Assembly: GCF_000315625.1 (NCBI RefSeq)
Contig: NW_005434623.1
Span: 410,768 to 465,095, forward strand
Length of the DNA stretch: 54,328 bases
Source: Guillardia theta CCMP2712
Taxonomy: Eukaryota; Protista; Cryptophyta
Direction of reading: 5' to 3'
Shown here: one piece after another, positions 24,355-40,635 of the stretch
How positions within the stretch are numbered: the first letter of the stretch is position 1
Layout: every line of letters starts with the position of its first letter
Position numbers and translations under genes: made by a program
The notes under the pieces: model-generated
Told to the model about the DNA's origin: nothing
Database searches by the model: none
Seen by the model: the letters and a program-made list of their open reading frames with translations, nothing else

Positions 24355-27300
24355 AGATCCTGATCCTGCTCCTGCTTTCGCTCTCGCTCGTTACCCCTCG
24401 CTCCTCCTCTTCGTGACATCGATCTTCAGGGGGTTAACGTCGCTTCCTCCATGTGCGAGTGGGTGGAGGTGTCTGGGTTGTACGTCCAGAAGAACCTGGA
24501 AGGTTTCTACCAGCAGATGTACCCGCTCGGCGATCTTGACCCAGGCAGCCAAGGACGACCAGTGTACCGCCACAGCTCCGGTCCTTCCCTTGTCTATCCT
24601 AAAACTCACACTGAAGGCTCGTCCTCCAGGTCGCTTCTACCTCTTCTTCCTCGCAAGGGCCTGCACCCATCTCAACAAGGCCCTCTGCCCTGCCCAGCAG
24701 CCCGCCTGGGTCGTGGCTGACACGTTGGGAACGGACTCGGCGCGCTTGATCGCGTACCAGGTCACCGACGGGCCAGGGCAGGTGACGACGGAGTGGCAGG
24801 AGTTCGACGGTTCCCTATACGCGCAGCGCAACTTCACGCTCGAGAGCCCCATCACGGTTCAGTGCACGCAAGGCAATGTCGGGCAGCAGAGCGAGCGGCC
24901 GATGCCGCTGTGGTCAGAGCCAGTGCACGAGCGACTGCTCAACTATACGACGGGCGTGGGTTTCGTGGATCCATCCGAGCATCACAAGCTCACACTCCCC
25001 GACACCTTGGTGCCTTGACTAGCTCCCGTCTTCTCCTCTTCTTGCGATGGCTGCTCCAGCGCTCCTTCTCTCCTGCTCCTTCTTCCTCCATCCCTTGCTC
25101 ACTCTTTCTCGTCTCTTCCCTCTCTCCTCTCCTTCCCTCTTCCTCTCCCTCCCTCTCCCCGTCATTCCGTTGCCCTTCCCATCGTTTGACCGCTTCGTCT
25201 CTGTCACTTACATCTCCCTCAGGGAACAGTCGTCGCCACCGGCGCATCCGAGCTGATCACGAGGCTCGGAACCCTCGTCTCTCCCATCGTCTCGCAGGCC
25301 AGCGCGCAGGACCTGACGAGGGTTCAGTTTGGGGTGGAGTGGCAGTACGTGAATGCAACGGAGAGGACCAACACCTTGAGCGGGAGGTACGTCATGGACA
25401 TGGCGTACTGCTACTTCAACAGGAGCGTCAGTCTCACTGCCAAGAGCAGGTAGCTCCTCCACCTCATGTCTTCAGTCACTGTGTTGACGCATGTTGCCTG
25501 CAGCAAGACCGTCGATGTTTGTGACCCCAGGACGGCGTTTGCCCTTCCTCTGGCCGATCGCTTCCTCTATGACTGCCAGCACCTCTTCTCGCTCGCTGGG
25601 CTCGACAACTCCAGTGTCATCATCCTCCAGTCTGACTGCGACAACTGTCTCTTCTGGTTCCCTATCAAGGAGGTTCTAGTCGGCAGCTTCTGCAAGGACA
25701 GTCTCGGTCGGATCACTAACATTACCTGCGAAGTTGGCGTGTCCAAGTGCGATTGTGTAGACGCGTACGAGCCGTTCGACGAGGTCGAGTACGCCAACCG
25801 CCTTCCAAACAACCGATCGAAGATCGTCCTCAGCGAGAATGTCTCGATCGAGTACGAGGTTGTGAAGGTCTGGGAGGGAGAGACGTTTTCAGTTACAGCC
25901 AGCTACCGTTCCAACAGCACCTACAAGCTCTGCCCCGCCTCCCCTTTGGCTCAGTCGACCTTCTCCTTCGGGTTTGCCCGCATCGAGACTCAGGTGGAAG
26001 CGAAAGTCGCAGTCGGCACCATCACACTTGACGAGGCGGTGGCCTCCCTCAACCAGCAGCTCGATCTCCAGCTGGGCAATCGGACCGTCCTGATCCGCTT
26101 CTCGCTCGATCGCCCCGGGCTGGGCTGGCGCACGCACGAGGCCGGAAATCCCATCCCCATCCCTGACCTGTTGGACCGGCAGAGGAATCAGACGGCGCTT
26201 TTACCAGGAGGAGAGGCGTACGATGGGTACGGGAGGTGCGGGGATCTCGACTCGGCCTCCTCCTACGACCCGGGCAAGTTCTTCTGCCCCTCGACGTCGC
26301 GAGTTGTTCAGCTGCAGACAGCAGTCTTCAACGCCTCGGGTCGGAGGTTTGCCAGCGACCTTGTTGCCGTCAAGTGGCACTCCAGCGCTCAGAGCTCGCT
26401 CCCTGCCAGCGACATCCCAGTGACGAAGCTGCTCAACTTCTACAGCATCGAGCAGTACGGACTGAGCGGGAGCGAGATCACGTTCCCTCTCGCGCAGGCA
26501 GCCAACACCTCCAACAGTGTCAAGGGCTCTACAGCAGACGAGCGCGGACAGCCGCTCATGAACAATACCGTGCACGTTCCCAGCTCTGCCGACGGAGTTG
26601 TGCTGTCAACGGGGAACCTGGTCGACATCAACAACTTGACTAGCTCGATGACGAGCTTCGCCGTCAACGCGCTCAAGGAAGCCTCCGCCGCCAAGGCCGT
26701 GCAGCTGCACGACTGGCTTGACTTCGGCCAGTCAGTGTCGGGCTACTCCTACATCGGGAGAACCTCGAGGATCTTCAACCCGATCTCTTACCCGGGGCCC
26801 GGCCGGGAGCTGGTGACAGCAGCCGAGCAGGTGCACCCCTACCTGGCCGACTTCGACCTGCAGGCTCTCCATGCTGCACTCAAAGATGACGTGGTGGACG
26901 GGGTAATGAAGAGCATGGGGACTCTGGTGGAGAAGCCCCCTTGGACGGCAGCCAGGGCTCAGATGCTCCAGCTGTTCTCCAGCAAGATCAGCGCGACGTT
27001 TGCGGGGTATGCGACCAGCGCCTTCTTCAGCAGGCTGGAGGAGTACGCGGCGGGAGGAGGGGCAGTCACTGGCATCGACTTCTTCGGCCTCAATTCCAAG
27101 GCCGTCAGGCTCGGCCAGTCCAGGTTCTCGTCTGGCGTCAGGCTGGTGCCGGACAGCCCGGAGGGAGTGGGGAAGCTCGCGCTGAACCTGAGCTCGCTGC
27201 CGAGCTCGAGCTCACAGGTGAGAGCGGGAGGAGAGTCGACGAGATGAACTGAAGGAGGTCCAGGTGTCCAAGAGGACCATCTTGAATTTCGAGCAGGTCA

Positions 27301-27407
27301 GTCTTGCAAGTTGTGATGTGTTGCTGTTGTTGCTTTGACGATGACAACGGATGTTATGTGGAAATGTAGATTATGATGATGACAACGACGATGACAATGA
27401 CAAGGAA

Positions 27408-27440
<33 letters not shown>

Positions 27441-30400
27441 AGTGGTGGTGGTGGTGGTGGTGATGACGATGATGATGATGACAAAGAGTGGTAGAAAATT
27501 CTTGACTGATAGTCGTCGCAGTTTCAGAAGCATCGTCCGGGGCTCGATAAATTCACTGGAAGCTCCTGGTTTGGCAGCAAGCAGTATCGACAGGACCAAG
27601 GAAGATTCGCCAATATTTCCTTCCTCAAAGTGCCGGCAGTGCAAGGTAATTCTCCTCCTTCTTCCTTTCTTCCCCTCCTCTGTCCACCTCGCCCCTCTCC
27701 CCTCTCCCCTCCTCTCCCCTCCTTCCCCTCTCCCCTCTCGCCCCTCTCCCCTCCTCTCCCCTCTCCCCTCCTCTCCCCTCCTTCCCTTCTCCCCTCCTCT
27801 TCTGCCAGGTCTGATTCTGCCGCGCAGGTTCGATCGTCACCACGGGGAACCTGGAGGACATCTCGGCGAGCTCAGGAGCGATCACGAGCGTCCACGTTAG
27901 TAACGACGTTGTGTTCCATGACACCGTCAGGCTGGGAGACAACTTCTTCCTGGGTGACCAGCTCCATATGCTCATTGCGCAGACGAGCGTGTGCGACGGG
28001 GTCTTGATGCCAGCAACCTCCCTTGCTGTCGGGGAGGGCATCGGGAGGGGGACGTGCTTCAAGAGCTTCAAGGGTGCTGTTAGCTGGGAGTCAGCCCAGC
28101 AGAGCTGCCGGGAGTGGGGAGGCTTCCTGGCCGTCTTCGCTGACCCGCAAACTCAAAGTTTCGCTCGCTCCAGGCTTAACTTGCAGGGGAGCAACTGGGT
28201 TGGGCTGTCCAGCAGAGACTACCCCACCGTGTGGGTGTGGAGGGGGCAGGGGATACCCGACGTGTACTTGAGCTCGAGTCAGATCAGCACGTCGCTGCTG
28301 ATGGATGCCACGGTGTCGTTCAGCAGGAGGTGCGGGGCCATGGACAGCAACAGCAACTGGAACGCCTTTGACTGCTCTTCCTCCCTTCCCTACGTCTGCC
28401 AGCGGCCTGATATGCCACTTGCCGCCATGAGCTACTCAAAGGGGTACGAGACGTGCGGCAACTCGTTCCATGCTGAGGGCTGCGGCAACTCGGCGACGCA
28501 TCTAGGGTTTCAGATCAAGGGGTTGGTGGACCCCAACATCTCTTTGATCGAGTTCCCCGTTGTCAACTCAGGAGTCGTCATTACCACCGGCAATCTACAG
28601 GACTTGACCTTCCTCGATCTTGACTACCTGTACCTCAACGGTACCCGAGCTTCTTGATCTCTTGCTCGTTTGACGTTTTTCTTTTGCAGCATCTGCCAAC
28701 TTGATGGGGCAGGTCACCCTTGGGTCCAACATCACGCACTACAACAAGCCGTTCCCCATCACCCCGATCTCTTTCCAGGGATACCTCATTGGAGACTGTA
28801 AGTTCAACTCCTCCTCCTACTTCTCCTCTAGTTTTCCCTCCTCCTGCTTCCCTTCCTCCGCCCACAACCTACATCTTTCCTCCTCCATCTTTCCTCCTTC
28901 TTCTTCTCCTCATGATGAGGATGATGATGATGATGATCATCATCATCATCTCAATCACCACAATCATCGCCACCACCACCACCACCACCACCATCGTAAT
29001 GTTATCATCATCATCACCATCACCATCACCATCACAATCCTCCTCCTCCTCCTCCTCCTTCTCATCATCATCATCATCATCATCATGCACCACCACACTT
29101 CATCCTCATCATCCTGATCTCCCTCGCAGTTGTCTTCAAGAACAGCATGGCTGACAGCTACAGCACCATCATCTTCGAGCCTCCCGATGGCCCTCGCACC
29201 ATTGTCTTCCCGGACGAGAGCGGTACCGTCATCACCACCGGCAACCTGGAGGACATTGACAACAACGTCGGGCTAAGGGGGCAGGACCCCATCATTGTCC
29301 ATCACACTCTTATAGACTATACCACCACCCTACAAGGGGTGGAGGTTCCCAACCCCTGGCTGATCGTTGACTTCGCCGCCGCTGGCTCCCGCGAGTCTCT
29401 TTCCCTCGGCCTCGTCCCCGTGCCGCTCCCTCCAGGATCCTCCAAGGGCAGGTGACGCTGCTGCCGTCCCCTCTTCCTTCTTACCTCCTTCTTCCTCCCT
29501 CCTCTTCCCCTCCCCCCCCCCCACCTCCTCCTCCTACCCCTTTCTCACTTTCCCCTTCCTCTCACTTCCTTCCCCTTGACCTCCCTCCTCCTCTTGACTC
29601 CAACCACAGTACGACCGTCGACTCCTCCTCCCCACGCGGCATCTGGTATCTCGTCGACCTGGGGCCCGACGGCAAGTTTCGAGACGGAGACGACATAGCC
29701 TACTACATGGAAAACACAACAAACTTGGGAGGGGGAAGGAGGCCGCTGACCGGCTGGACTGTCCCCTGCAGCCCCTTCGACACTATCACCATCGGCGTCT
29801 GCGCTCCCACCGACTGGGTCGACAGCTCCTACGACTTTCTCCACTGGGAGGAGTACCACGTTGATCTCGTCGGAGCCTCTCCTCGTCCTAGGATCGTTCC
29901 TGCTGGCACCAGCGTCTGCCCCTCAGCTTCGAACGATCAGGCCTTCATTGCCGGCGAGACTCTCCGCTATGCCACCCCCACCCAGCCGCTCACGACCTGG
30001 GACGACTCGCTCTACGAACCTTCCTTCCGCAACTGCAGCTACGTCATCTCAGGCGCTGGGTCCGCGGAGGTGAACGGGAGGTACGTGTACGCGGGGAAGA
30101 ACGACAACGTGGCTCGCTTCCGCAAGGAAGGGTCGAACATCTACCTGTTCCGATGGGGCAGCATGAACCAACGTATCACCTTCCCCGATGCCACAGGTGA
30201 CGTCGTGCTTGTTCCTCTCTCCTGCTGACGGTGTGCTGGGACAGGTATCGTCATCACGACCGGCAACCCCAACGACCTTGTTTTCACCAAGATCTCCCTG
30301 CTCAGTTTGGACCTGGACGCTGACAACTACGTCGGGTCCCTTGTGTCTCCCCTCACTGACTCCGGGTTCACCGTGATCTCCTTCGACAAGTACGAGTCCG

Positions 30401-33400
30401 TCATCGTCGGCAAGATGCAGTTCGCCAACCGAGCATGCCAGGGGTCGACTTGCTACCCCTTCCCCACGACAGCCCTGCACATCATTCCTCCTACCGTCAA
30501 GGACCTGACCACCATCGGCACTGCCGACTGGATCCCGGAGTTGTGCCGCGGGAAGGGCGTGCAGGAGCAGCTGGAGAAGTGCAACTACTGCACAGCAGGG
30601 GACGAGTGCGCATACAAGAGAGAGCTCCTGTTCCCCGACGCTAGCGGCACCGTCATCACCACAGGGAACATGCAGAACCTCCCGGCCGTCGCCATCCCCT
30701 ACAACGCACTCTCCGTCGGGGCCAACGCTGCCATGGAAGGAGACGTGACGCTGGGCAACCCGACGCCCGAGCTCGTGACGCCCGGCCTGCTGTTCAAGGC
30801 CCCCGAGTACCTGAGGGAGAGCAGGACCGTCACGTGCGACGGGTTCGAACACCACGACGAGAGGTGTGTCAGGGGGTCCGGGCACTTGGACGTGAACGAG
30901 GACGGGATCAAACGCAATGCCGTCATGATGTACACCAGCATGGCGGGAGAGACTGGGCTGACCTTCAAGCCTGCCTTCGACGTCGCTTCCAAGGTCCAGT
31001 ACCAGGGAGGCACCAAGTTCGCTGCCCCTGACATGGAAGGGATCGATGCGGCTCTAGAGTTCTTCCTGACCCAGGGCTCGCAGAGGCTCAAGATCCCCGT
31101 GCAAGACTCCAGCTCCTACGTACTCAACAAGGACTTCACCAGCACCCACAACGTCCTCCTGCACTCCCTGCGGCCCTCCAGGCGCGACATGTACCTTGGA
31201 GCCCAGGATATCGTGACTGTCCCCCAAGGATGGTTGATGCAGCTGGACGTGCTGCTCGCCAACCGCACCTACTGCTTCCTTCAGGGAGCTCTGTGCTCCT
31301 CCTCATCCTCCTGCGACAGCCCGATGCTCCAGAGCCCTTGCTCGTCCGAGCTCTACCGCTATGACATCCTCCTCGTGGCCAACACAACCTCTGACAAGTG
31401 TCTCCTTGCGGGCGTCAAGAGCGACTCAAAGATTGACATGCTGCAGAACCTGACGAGTCTCGTAACCTCCGCGTCGTCCATTCCCCTTGTCGTAACCAGG
31501 AAGAGCGTCCGACAACTCGAGCTGTTCGGATCGAGCTGGATTCTCAGCTCGATCTGCCGGGAGGACGGACAGTCTGCGAGTCCTATGTTCGGGTCCAGCT
31601 CATTGCAAGGTACAGTCAGGTTCTCAGCTCGCTCGCCCCTCGTCAGCCCTGCAGCTGGGCAATATGCCCTGCCCGAGGTGATCGCGTGGGTGAACAACAG
31701 GACCAACGACTTTGCGGGGAGCTTCGGAGCAGAGGTGAAGTTCAACTTAAGGGAGCCGGGCAAGTACGAGGACGGGGAGCTTGCGGCCCGGCCGTTCGTG
31801 GAGGTCATGGGCATGTTTGACAGCAGCGTCCAGAGTTTACAGAACTCGCTGACACTGCGCAGCAACTCGAACTTCATGCGCCTCCTCGGGTTCGATGCTG
31901 ACAGCGTCGCCCTCGTGCCTCCCTCGCCCTCCTCCTGCCAGTTTGACGACCAGGGCTGCTCCAGCTACCTCCGATCGAAGTCCTGCAACGTGTACGACAC
32001 GTGTCGGTTCCCGTTCATTACCAGGAGCACACAGGCACTCAATGTTTCCTCCCTTCCCCTCGAAGACTCCGTGCTCGCCTTCGTGCAGACCGTAACGCCC
32101 GAGCGCTGCTTCTCGATCTTGCAGGAGCAGAGCATAAACATCACCGGTTCGCAAGGCATCCATGACAGGCAGGAGCTGCGCAGGTGGCTGATAGAGCGAG
32201 GAGCCTTCCTGCCGACGCTCAGGAGAGGAGACGCCTACGAGACGCCTGTACCCTCCAACCTCCCGCAAGAGCTGTCAAACGTGAGCGACTGCAGTCTCAG
32301 TACGCATGTCACCATCCCCGCCGGCTCCTTCCTCGCCTTCGACTACAGCAGCCGCCCCATCTCCCCCTCCCTCCTTAGGATCGCTCCCTGCAGCCCCTCC
32401 AGCAGCATCGTCCAGTGGGTCCTCGAGGGTTCCAACTCAGGCCCGCACGAGGGGTTCCAGCCCGTCAACCTGCTTGTCAACCAGCAGATGGACAGCTGGG
32501 GAGGGGCGTACGTCTCGAACAAGGTTGACACGGTGTCAACGCAGACGTACAAGTGGCTGAGGATCGTCCCGACCCCAATGCAGGAGGCATGCTACGCCGA
32601 GGTCGAGGTGCACGAGGGGGAGGTGATGGTGGACATGGCGAGGCAGACGTGCGGGAGGAGGAGCTTCTTCATCAACTCTTCCTCCCTCGTCGATCCGAAC
32701 AACAACCTGACCGCATTCGTCCTCAAGTGCGCGTCCTACAACCTCTTCCCCAGGATCGACAGGATGGAGGACGTTGTCCTCGGATACGACAGCGGCGTCG
32801 TCCTGACAACTGGAAACTTCGAGGATGTGACCAGCGATGCTGGGGCGATGACGAGCTTGAGCGTCAAGTACGACGTGGAGATCAGTGGAGACTTCTCGGT
32901 TGGGACGGGAGCAGGAGCAAGAGGGAGCGGTGACATGGACTCTTCAAATCCTTCCATGGTGTTCAACTCTCTGATCAAGGACTCGCTCTCGTTCAAGTTC
33001 TCCTCAGCAGAGCAGACTCGAACGACGGTGCAGGTGGACCAGGGCATCGGAGACGCCGTCTTCCTCCTCGAGGACATCTCGGGCACGATCCTGACCGCCG
33101 ACCGCATGTCCAACCTCAACGATCTCAACGTTCTGACGCAGGGGACCGTAGCAGGCATGCTGAGCACCCTCGGAGACGTTCAGTTCGGGGATGTGAACGC
33201 TGCCTCCTCCATCTCCCTCCTCAGCCCCATCAGCGGGAGGGAGGCGATGAAGTTCTCCGGCAAGTCGCACGCCAGCGGCACGAAGACCATCCTGTCTCCC
33301 TCCAGCCTCAGCCTCCCCTCCTCCCTCCTGGTCCTGCCGGACGCATCGGGCTCGCTGCTGACAGCAGGAAACTTTCCCTCCACTATCTACAACGTCACGT

Positions 33401-35184
33401 TCGAGGGGAGACTGGAGGCAGCTGGTGGGATCTTGTTCGAGCAGTCGGTCAAGCTCGGGGACGTCGCGAGGCCGCTGGGGCTGAACTTTGACAACTCGTA
33501 CGTCAAAGTGCCGCAGGGCCTCCAGTTCCGCTCGTCGACCTCCAAGGAGGGCAGGACGATCCTGCACGTCGAGGAGCCGTCCAAGCTGCAAACTCTGCTG
33601 CTCCCGGATGCCTCTGGCACTATCCTGACCACCCGAGAGGTCTCTCAGATCCCCTTCGACCGCCTGAGGGTCCTGGAGGGGATTGACGTGACGGGGGCCG
33701 CAAGGCTGGAGGGGGAGAGGATCAGCATCGGGTCCTCTACAGTCGCGACGTCCCTAGAGCTGAACTCCAACATCCTTGGCAAGTTTCCGCTCTCCTTCGA
33801 CTGCGGGATGAACCTCAACGGCGAGCAGCAGCCCTGCCTCACGTTCGAAATGCCGACCTCATCCTCGTCCTCCACCATCACCTTCCCCGACTCCAGCGGC
33901 GTTGTCATCACTAGCGGCAACCTCCCCAACCCCCTCGTGACCGACTCCTCCTTCTCCCTCCACACAGACTCCCTCGTCGCCAGCTCCTCCTCCAGCATCT
34001 TCATCGGGCTGGACGCCGGCAACCCGGTCCACCCGGGCAGCTTCCTGTTTGTGGACTCGCTCCCTGCTGGGCAGGAGCTGAGGACTGACGGGGAGAACCA
34101 GTTCAAGGTCATCGCTAGAGGAGGCGTCTCGCTCGTGACTGGCTACAGCCCGACGGGCAGAGAGATCGGGGCCCAGCTGCTGCCGGGCTCCGGGTCCTGG
34201 TCGTCACTGAGCGATGGCAGCATGAAGGAGAGGGTGGAGAGAGTGGAGGGGAGAAGGATCGCAGAGAAGCTGGTGGGGGTGAACATCAGCGAGTGGAGCT
34301 ACATCGGTCAGAGCCAGAGACACGTCGGGCCCATGGCACAGGTCCCTCCTCCTCCTCCTTCTCCTCCTGTCCTGCTCCTCCTCCTGCTCTTGCTCCTCCT
34401 ACTCCTACTCCTAGTTCTCCTGATTCTCCCCTCGTTCGTTCCTGACATACTACTTCCCTCTCTCATCTCATCCTCCGCTCTCTTCTCCTCTCGCCTCTCT
34501 TCCCTCTGCTCCGTTCTCCTCCATCCTGCTGCTTCGCTCGCTCCTCTCCCTCCTCGAGTTCTTCGCTCACTCTTCACTCGCAGGACATCGCCAGGGCCTT
34601 CGGGTTGGGTGCGGACGAGTCGAGAATCGACGGGATGGACGCCGACGGGCTTGTGCTGGCGGCAGTGACTGGAACAGGAGCAGTGATGGTAAGGAGAGGA
34701 AGGGAGTTGGTCGTGGTCGAGGATGAAAGGGGGAAAGGATGGAAAGGAAGGGGGCGAGGGGAGAGGGGTAGTGGAAGGGATTGAAGGAGATGGGGGAAAG
34801 GGAAAGAAGGGAGGGAAGAGGAGGAGGTCACTGGAGGAGGGAGAGGAGGGGGAAGGAGGAACACAGGAGGGAGGGTCCTGACGGCGGAGCAGGAGGAGAG
34901 CTCGAGGAAAGTGGAGCAGCTCAAGGAGAAGCTGCTGGAGATTGAGGAACGGATGACAACACAGACGAAGAGGTGAGAAGAAAGAGGAGGGAAGGGGGAC
35001 GAGAGGAAGGGAGAGGTGGGGAGAGCGAGAGGAGGAGGAAGAGAAGTAGGAGGAGGAGGAGGAGGAGGAGGAGGAGGGAAGTGACGGGAGGTGCAGGTTG
35101 GAGAAGCAACGGAGCATCCTTGAGGAGCAACAGAGGAGGCTAGAGAGGATCGTGATGAAACTCTCAGCAGCTCCTGTAAGCTGA
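18712..35184 (+). CDS. Giant (roughly 4,000+ aa) secreted mosaic fibre-like protein with C-terminal peptidase-S74-type intramolecular chaperone and coiled coil
   Basis: Signal peptide MGKKKSVQMCFQLALCLLVLMARECAG. ORFs 19083, 21008, 24413, 25466, 27911, 29147, 29452 and 30307 are joined by GT-AG introns and share one repeat motif. CUB ~20118-20447, EF-hand DRNSSGYLERPE ~21935, C-type lectin ~28050-28403. Ends SWSSLSDGSMKE..WSY..RHVGPMAQ|DIARAFG..DADGLVLAA, then coiled coil, stop 35182-35184. The single-gene model is inferred, not every junction was phase-checked. Confidence 0.8.
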
Positions 35185-35498
35185 CGAGCCGGCGAGGAGG
35201 AGGAGGAGGAGGAGGAGGAGGAGGAGGATCGACTGTAAATAATCGACCATTTCGATTCTTTTGTATTCTTTTTGTTGAATGAATGGATGTAGAGTAAGAC
35301 GCAAGTCAAGAGGCGGACAGGCAAGGAGGAGAGCGAGGGAGGGAAGGGGAAGGAGAGCGAGGGAGCGAGGGAGGAGGAGAAGAGAAGGAGAGGGAGGGAG
35401 GGAAGGGAGGAGGAAAAGAGAAGGAGAGGGAGGGAGGGAGGGGGAAGGAGAAGGGAAGGAGATGCGAGACAAGTTGGTCCAAGTTCAATGAATGACTT

Positions 35499-39132
<3,634 letters not shown>

Positions 39133-39435
39133 CCTCGTGTTGTTGATTTCAACTTGTTTCAGAGCAAGACTCAGAGATCTCGACTGGCAACCACCGTCAG
39201 TCCGCAGCCGTCAGCTCTGTTCGGTCTCACCATCCCGCACAGGATCCTATCGTATCGTGAGCTCCCCTCCTGTCCTGTGACTCCTGTTTCGTGTCAGAGC
39301 CGCATCCCCTGGTCTCCGTTCTAGTCTGTGAGAGCAAATCTATGACGTCACTACTTGTTAGAACACCTCTACATCACTTCCTCGCACCTCCCCATTGTTC
39401 TTCCCCAGCTTTGCACCCGCCTGGTGCGTCCTTTT

Positions 39436-39540
39436 CCCCTTCCTCTTCCTCTTCCTCTTCCTCTTCCTCTTCCTCTTCCTCTTCCTCTTCCTCTTCCTCT
39501 TCCTCTTCCTCTTCCTCTTCCCCTTCCTCTTCCTCTTCCC
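39436..39540. repeat. (CTTCCT)n microsatellite, intergenic
   Basis: Direct inspection. Confidence 0.9.
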
Positions 39541-40635
39541 GGGCCTTCGAGCTCCGCTGAGGCTGAATCCTCTAATGGGCCTCCTTTCCTCCTCGATTTT
39601 TTCATAACATGCAGGGGCCGCAGTTAACGTGTTAAGCTGCACACCGTTGACTGACTGACTGTCCGTGGCACCCTCTTCCTCCCGCTCCCTCTTCCTTTCC
39701 CCTTCCTCCATCACTCTCTCTCTTCCTCGGAGTCTCCCTCCCTCTTCCTCCCCCTCTCTCTTCCGCTCCTTCCGCCGCCGCTCATTGCCAGCCTGCCCCG
39801 CAGCCTGAGCCGACGACATGACACTTTTTTGTGTCGGCCAGGATCTGGACTTTGTATCAACATTCAAGCTTACTTGAAATTCTAATGAAAACTTTGAAAT
39901 AAAAAGAGTGTCATTTGAAACCTTAGTTGATGGAAATCAAGTCCGCCCCGCTTTGAGCTTTAAAACAATATTGATCAGTAGAAAAAGTTGAACCCAGTTA
40001 ACTAATTCATTGTAGGTGATAATGACTTTTAAAATAATTATATCTGTTTATAAAAACATTTTATAATATTAGTTGGTCTTCCTGCGGCGGGCGCGTGATG
40101 GCGGTGCAGGGGAGCGAAACGAAGGGGAGGGATGGGGAGGGAGGAGAGGAGATGAAGGTATAGCAGAGGTCAGCACTAAAGTACAGCACAGCACATCACA
40201 GCAACTCATGGGTGGACCGTGGAGATAGGAGCAGACAAATGGAAAGATGGACGTTGCTCGGAGCTTTGGAGCAGGCAGGGACGGGTTGGAGGGGACGGTG
40301 GACCAAGGAAAGGATTTGAAGTGGAGGGAGATAGTGTGTTGGTTGATGCTAAGAGTGAAAATAAGAAGTGCAAGTATGAACAAAAACGAGATGAGAAAGA
40401 GGTTGAGTTCAAGTGTCGGGATATGTTCACGCGAGACTACTGAGGGGTCAGTACGACAGGGAGGAGATAGTGGCATGGGAGGGAGGAGGGACTACAGAGG
40501 AAAGATATCGATATCCAGAAACGACATGCCAGTCTTAGTACGCAGCTCAAACATCTGTTTCAAAGACTTAGATGGTGTAGCATGTAAAGCAATCCTCAAA
40601 GTTGCTCCACCTTTTCTCTGCTGATTTGAATGAAG

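Noticed and set aside
30307-34688. Prophage or bacterial contamination carrying a tail fibre
   Set aside because: Spliceosomal introns inside the gene and the S74 domain, eukaryotic neighbours, and no other phage genes
39291-39867. Poly-RG, poly-KR and poly-LP ORFs
   Set aside because: Translations of the (CTTCCT)n microsatellite
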